From positions 736,001-800,000 of the forward strand of contig CAVUSO010000001.1 in NCBI GenBank assembly GCA_963744145.1: a DNA stretch of 64,000 nt, given 5' to 3'. This stretch comes from an uncultured cyanobacterium. GTDB taxonomy: Bacteria; Cyanobacteriota; Cyanobacteriia; Cyanobacteriales; CAWUOF01. Within the stretch, counting starts at the first letter, position 1, and every line of letters begins with the position of its first letter. A program made the position numbers and the translations under genes. This document shows positions 62,921 through 64,000 of the stretch, piece after piece. A model generated the notes under the pieces. It ran no database searches and had not been told where the DNA came from. It saw nothing but the letters and a program-made list of their open reading frames with translations.

Positions 62921-64000
62921 CCCACATTCCGCACCCTCACTGGCACATCTTAATAAAAGGGTAAAAATTGGGGACGAAGAAAGTTGGCTCAAAAAGATCA
63001 TAAATGAGATTAATGAGAATAAATTTTATTAAACTAGATTTATGAGCAGAAAGAGAGCACTGGGTTATTGAGAGATTAACCGTAGCAGAAGTCCGGAAAA
63101 TGAAAGAGTAAAAAAATTAATTGCAATCGAGCCTAAAAATGCGATAATTGAACCAAAAATTGGCTCGTTAAATTGGGTAACTATGGTAGACATAAACGAT
63201 ATTAAAATTCAGAATATCGACCATCTGGGGTTAGTAGCAGGAATAGTAGATACGATTGGAATAGTAGAAATAATTAATAATTTAATCGGGATAGAATCGG
63301 GAGAAAAAGTTACTGCTGGACAAGCAGTTAAAGCAATGATTATCAATGGGTTAGGATTTATTTCTAAACCATTATATATGTTTCCGAAATTTTTTGAATC
63401 AATTCCCTGTGAACATTTAATAGGAGCCGGGGTAAAGCCCGAATATTTAAATGACGATAAACTGGGAAGAGTGATGGATAAACTATATAGTAAAGGACTG
63501 GATACAATATTTTTAGCAATTACTTTAAATGCAGTTAAAAAGTTTGATATATCTTTAAATACATCCCATCTAGACTCATCGTCAATTCACGTACATGGGG
63601 AATATCATCAAGAATTACCAGAGATAATATTTAGTCAGCCAGAATTGTCATACCAAGGAGAGCCCCAAATAAAATCGCGACAACCAATCAAAATAAATTA
63701 CGGTTATTCCCGTGACCATAGACCTGATTTAAAACAATTTTTAATAGAATTAGTATGTACCGGGGATGGAGATATCCCAATATTTTTAAAAGCAGCGTCA
63801 GGAAATCAAGCCGACTCATCATGCTTTGCGAAGATAGCAATTGATTATAAAAATCAAATAAAAGTAGATAGTTTAATCGTAGCTGATTGTGCCTTATATA
63901 CAGAAGATAATCTCAAATTAATGTCGGAAATTAAGTGGTTAAGCCGAGTACCGTTAAAGATAAAATTAGCCCAAGAATTAGTAGCAAATTTGCCAGATTC
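62921..64000 (+). mobile_element. IS1634-family element; transposase starts at 63183 and runs off the window
   Basis: MVDINDIKIQNIDHLGLVAGIVD...LNDDKLGR...HLDSSS..VHGEY...YGYSRDHRPDLKQ; putative end CCCACATTCCGCAC at 62921. Confidence 0.9.

Overview
AT-rich cyanobacterial chromosome segment, dense in the HIP1 octamer GCGATCGC, with a cyanobacterial-type rrn operon. 1-3.9 kb: 3' part of a CHAT protease gene, a convergent secreted partner and a MITE. 4-33.7 kb: a double type III CRISPR-Cas effector locus. A WYL regulator lies divergent from a Csx3-P-loop fusion, Csx3, a CARF-nuclease and a type III-D operon. A scrambled 6-kb patch follows (DUF29/DUF2281/XisHI/Uma2 genes and relics), then a type III-A operon ending in cas6. 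I found no CRISPR array and no cas1/cas2/cas4 in the window. Strongest candidate for a new system: a PARIS-like ABC-ATPase + DUF4435/TOPRIM-like pair sits inside the III-A operon between csm5 and cas6, where csm6 is usually found. Other notable signals: a 39-bp promoter element shared by the III-D and III-A operons, and a GGAA-N8-TTCC palindrome in front of both csx3 genes. 33.9-43.6 kb: Uma2 cluster (one copy carries a 24-nt in-frame insert in a HIP1-like site) and a tandem duplication whose two copies lost complementary genes (Tat-signal glycine-zipper protein, AAA_21 ATPase, NERD protein). 43.6-57.3 kb: two-component system, MdtABC-like RND pump, TA relic, esterase, HAD hydrolase and a catalase relic. 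57.5-64 kb: 16S-tRNAIle-tRNAAla-23S-5S operon, then an IS1634-family element running off the window. All family assignments come from motif recognition by eye; no searches were run.
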